Of a stretch of 48,698 nucleotides of DNA, positions 46,169 to 48,698 are shown piece by piece. This DNA comes from Arcobacteraceae bacterium (GTDB taxonomy: Bacteria > Campylobacterota > Campylobacteria > Campylobacterales > Arcobacteraceae): contig JAOZVJ010000002.1 of the NCBI GenBank assembly GCA_029938215.1, forward strand, positions 1-48,698. Reading direction: 5' to 3'. Position 1 is the stretch's first letter. Each line of letters starts with the position of its first letter. Position numbers and translations under genes: made by a program. The notes beneath the pieces are model-generated. The model had not been told where the DNA came from, searched no databases, and saw only the letters and a program-made list of their open reading frames with translations.

Positions 46169-47041
46169 TTATTTTGCCATATCTATAAAAGAATCCCAAT
46201 CTTTCCAAAATAAAGCTTTATCATTTTCTTTAAATTGTTTTGGAACTTCGATATTTGGTATCACAGGTATAAAACTAGCACCACCGCTAAACATTTCCTG
46301 AGCTTTTTGTGAAACTAGAAAATCAGCTGCTTTTTTAGTTTCTTCATTGTAGCCTTTTTTCATAATCATCACTTGCGTAAGATGAAGCGCACCTTCTTTT
46401 GGCCAACATATTGCCGAACCGTTGTCTTTTGAGAACATTGCAAAAGACAGAGGCATAATTCCGATGTCGTATTCTTTTTTTGAAACGGCTTTATTTACAT
46501 CTATTGGTAAACCTAAATATTCAACATCATTTTCAACAAAATCTTCACCCTTTTGACCTAAAGCTTGTTTGTAAAATTGTTTAAAAAGAACAGCCGGAGG
46601 AGTGGCTATATCTGTTGTGATAATTTTACCTTTAAATCTAGGTTCAAGAAGAGATTCCCAAGTTTGAGGAGGATTTTCCATCTCTTTATTGTAAAATATT
46701 ACTATTGGCATTATAAAAATAGGTTTTAATATCCATTTGTTATCTAAAAGTTTTTTTGATTCTAAATCACTATCTAAGTCATATTTGTATTCATCATCAA
46801 AAGCTTCTAAATTCTTTAAGTAATTTCTTTCCCATAATAACTCTGGACGAATAGTAACTATAATATCTGGCACTTCATCCATTTTACCTTCTTTGATTTT
46901 TTCTAAATATACTAAATCATCAGAATAATATTTCTTAGAAGAATTAAACACTTCAGAATTTGGACAAAGTTTTTTTAATTCCATTAGTGTATTTCTAGCC
47001 GCATTAACTGGTACTGATATATAAATTTTATTTTTTTCCAT
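46169..47041 (-). CDS. Solute-binding-protein homologue (Fe3+/polyamine SBP-like) without signal peptide
   Basis: 290 aa. Starts MEKNKIYISVP, with no hydrophobic leader or lipobox. IVIFYNKEMENPPQTWESLLEPRFKGKIITTD resembles the hinge region of class II SBPs. Confidence 0.6.
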   Translation of the reverse strand: MEKNKIYISVPVNAARNTLMELKKLCPNSEVFNSSKKYYSDDLVYLEKIKEGKMDEVPDIIVTIRPELLWERNYLKNLEAFDDEYKYDLDSDLESKKLLDNKWILKPIFIMPIVIFYNKEMENPPQTWESLLEPRFKGKIITTDIATPPAVLFKQFYKQALGQKGEDFVENDVEYLGLPIDVNKAVSKKEYDIGIMPLSFAMFSKDNGSAICWPKEGALHLTQVMIMKKGYNEETKKAADFLVSQKAQEMFSGGASFIPVIPNIEVPKQFKENDKALFWKDWDSFIDMAK

Positions 47042-47042
47042 T

Positions 47043-47822
47043 TTATTCTCCTATTTCTTTTTCTAACATTTCAAGTGTTTTTTCATCTAACTTACTTCCA
47101 TGTCTTAAATCTTCTCTGAAATTTTCAAGAATTTTATCTATTTTTGTAAAATATTTTAGATGTTTTCTTTCAACTTCGTCAGATACAATAAGTTTAGACA
47201 TAGAGCCATTTTTCATAATAACTCTTTTTTTAGCAGTTACAATTAAGCTTGGATCATGAGAAGCAATTAAAACCATTTTGCCTTTTGAAGCAAGTATTTC
47301 AATTCCTTTAGTTTTATTAATCCCAGCATTTTCAATTTCATCAACTAAAACAATAGGTGCATTACTGATAAGTGCAGTATCAGCTATCATCAATGCTCTT
47401 GATTGTCCACCACTTAAAGATGTAAGATTTGAAGACGCAGCCAAAGGTTCGCCTGCTAGACTATTTGCCATTTCTAATATTTTTTCTACAATATTTTCAT
47501 CTTCGATTTTTCTACTTTTTGCATGAAGTTTTATAAAACTATCTACATCTAAATCCATCATAAAGTGCATATTTTGAGATAAAGATGCTGTTATTTGCAT
47601 ACCTAGCGGATCAATTTCTTCTCCATTTGCAAGAACTTTTCTACCTGATGGAGAATCCCCATTTGCTAATTGTTCAAGATCAGATAATAATAAACTTTTT
47701 CCAGACCCTGTTGGACCCGCTAAAATTATAATATCACCTTTTTTAATTATCAATTCTTCTACAGCTTCTCTGTTACCATTTTTATCCTCACCGGATATGA
47801 TTTTTATTTCTTCGATATTCAT
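47043..47822 (-). CDS. Stand-alone ABC-type ATPase (single NBD, no membrane domain)
   Basis: 259 aa. Walker A GPTGSGKS, signature LSGGQSRA, Walker B IVLVDEIE, H-loop IASHD. Confidence 0.85.
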   Translation of the reverse strand: MNIEEIKIISGEDKNGNREAVEELIIKKGDIIILAGPTGSGKSLLLSDLEQLANGDSPSGRKVLANGEEIDPLGMQITASLSQNMHFMMDLDVDSFIKLHAKSRKIEDENIVEKILEMANSLAGEPLAASSNLTSLSGGQSRALMIADTALISNAPIVLVDEIENAGINKTKGIEILASKGKMVLIASHDPSLIVTAKKRVIMKNGSMSKLIVSDEVERKHLKYFTKIDKILENFREDLRHGSKLDEKTLEMLEKEIGE

Positions 47823-48517
47823 ACTACCTCTTCTATATCCATTTTTATAACATTACCCATTTGATAATCAGCACCAAGTCTTGTTTCTCCTTCACAATAC
47901 GAACATACAGCAGAAGGCATATCATGTCTAAGCTCCATACCATTTAAAGTTTGAGTTGATTGTGCATTTAATACCAATCTTTTAAGATTTAATGCTCCCA
48001 TTCCAGTTAAACCATTTAATTCAATTGCTTTTGCTGTTGGATTTACCTCTAAAACATTACTTCTAAAAACTTCTCGTTCTGCTTGAGAAACCATATCTCC
48101 CTTTGTGATAACAACAACATCAGCAGTTGTAAGCATAGGACCTATTTTTCTAGGCGTATCAATACCACTAACACAATCAACAACTGCAATAGCCATACAG
48201 TCTTTAATTGCAGGTGCACATCTATGACATAAACCAGCAGTTTCAACGATAGTTATATCTGCTTTATGAGAATTACCAAATTTAAATATCTCTTCCGCAT
48301 TTACAGCGCCGTAATGGTCAGGACAAACATAATCACTTATACCAACTACGACAGGAACACCAAGTTTTTCTTTAAAAAGTTCTCCGTCTGTTGTTTGATG
48401 ACAATCAATTTTGCCTATCGCAACATCTATACCATCTTTTTTTAAAAGTTTAATAAGGTGAATTAGCACCAATGTTTTTCCAGAAGAAGGCGGTCCAGCT
48501 ACTGTTATAAATTTCAT
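47819..48517 (-). CDS. G3E-family (HypB/UreG/CobW-like) P-loop GTPase, Cys/His-rich putative metallochaperone
   Basis: 232 aa. Walker A GPPSSGKT, ETAGLCHRCAP (compare HypB ENVGNLVCPA), TKGD in the NKxD position. Extra ligand candidates are KIDCHQ, DYVCPDH and CSYCEGE. RBS AGGAG 8 nt upstream. Confidence 0.65.
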   Translation of the reverse strand: MKFITVAGPPSSGKTLVLIHLIKLLKKDGIDVAIGKIDCHQTTDGELFKEKLGVPVVVGISDYVCPDHYGAVNAEEIFKFGNSHKADITIVETAGLCHRCAPAIKDCMAIAVVDCVSGIDTPRKIGPMLTTADVVVITKGDMVSQAEREVFRSNVLEVNPTAKAIELNGLTGMGALNLKRLVLNAQSTQTLNGMELRHDMPSAVCSYCEGETRLGADYQMGNVIKMDIEEVV

Positions 48518-48557
48518 ATTCTTTACTCCTAAGTTTTTTATTTATTGTAGCAAAATT

Positions 48558-48576
48558 AATAATGATTATCATTGAC
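48558..48576 (-). promoter_or_regulatory. Fur box over the promoter of the GTPase-ABC-SBP operon
   Basis: The minus strand reads GTCAATGATAATCATTATT, matching 16 of 19 positions of GATAATGATAATCATTATC. TACAAT -10 (48544-48549, minus strand) lies 8 nt downstream. Confidence 0.65.
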
Positions 48577-48698
48577 ATAAATCAATTTTTGTCCAAACCG
48601 TATCACTTATAAACTTTTTGCCAAATTCACTATCATTATTTCCTGAGTTTTTATTATAAGAAATATCAAGATTTATATTATTTTTAAATCCATAAGTA
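48569..48698 (-). CDS. 3' end of an unidentified minus-strand gene (5' end outside the window)
   Basis: Open frame from the window edge: ...TYGFKNNINLDISYNKNSGNNDSEFGKKFISDTVWTKIDLCQ, ending at TGA (48569-48571) inside the Fur box. Too short to assign. Confidence 0.3.
   Translation of the reverse strand, partial: TYGFKNNINLDISYNKNSGNNDSEFGKKFISDTVWTKIDLCQ

Noticed and set aside
1-48698. Looked for rRNA, tRNA, tmRNA, CRISPR arrays, IS elements, integrases and prophage genes in all intergenic regions over 100 nt (641-878, 11401-11517, 13459-13905, 15517-15727, 17533-17672, 26639-26816, 37439-37556, 40435-40672, 43585-43734).
   Set aside because: I saw no tRNA-like T-arm sequence (GGTTCGAAT and similar), no repeat-spacer arrays, and no terminal inverted repeats or transposase-like ORFs. 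Absence is by eye only and should be confirmed with tRNAscan-SE, Infernal or ISfinder-type tools.

Overview
Strongly AT-rich chromosomal window. It is most consistent with a denitrifying member of the Campylobacterota (Arcobacter-like): NifS/NifU act as the housekeeping Fe-S system, CheV is present, there is an rnhB-ATPase-rpsJ neighbourhood, and GTG/TTG starts are frequent. All calls come from reading the sequence and the translated ORFs; no searches were run.

Layout:
(1) 1-13.5 kb: kinase fragment, atpE, and nifS-nifU. These are followed by a tightly packed six-gene cluster (DUF2249/TusA-like, 12-TM protein, DUF59, FmdE-like, hemerythrin, second paralogous 12-TM protein) that is translationally coupled to tcdA. 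Then cheV, topA and tkt.
(2) 13.9-25 kb: a nitrite-reductase/haem d1 island. It holds nirS, a pentahaem cytochrome, a Sel1-repeat protein, and a cytochrome c-nirJ-nirF-nirE operon behind a perfect TTGAT-N4-ATCAA box. It also holds a degenerate TrpD-like gene, two small secreted proteins sharing a near-identical C-terminal module, fused nirDL-type siroheme decarboxylase, a sirC-like gene and a thioredoxin-like gene.
(3) 25-43.6 kb: rnhB, a P-loop ATPase, and the S10-spc ribosomal protein cluster through secY-map-infA. A 3.2-kb four-gene interruption follows, then rpmJ-rpsM-rpsK-rpsD-rpoA-rplQ.
(4) 43.7-46.1 kb: a CpxP/Spy-like protein with an OmpR-type regulator and a sensor kinase.
(5) 46.2-48.6 kb: a minus-strand operon behind a Fur box, encoding a G3E-type GTPase, an orphan ABC ATPase and a leaderless solute-binding-protein homologue, with no permease.

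I saw no rRNA, tRNA, CRISPR array or IS element.

Best novelty candidates, in order: the Fur-box GTPase/ABC/SBP trio; the nifSU-linked cluster with duplicated membrane proteins; and the twin secreted proteins carrying one shared Cys-loop tail inside the nir island.
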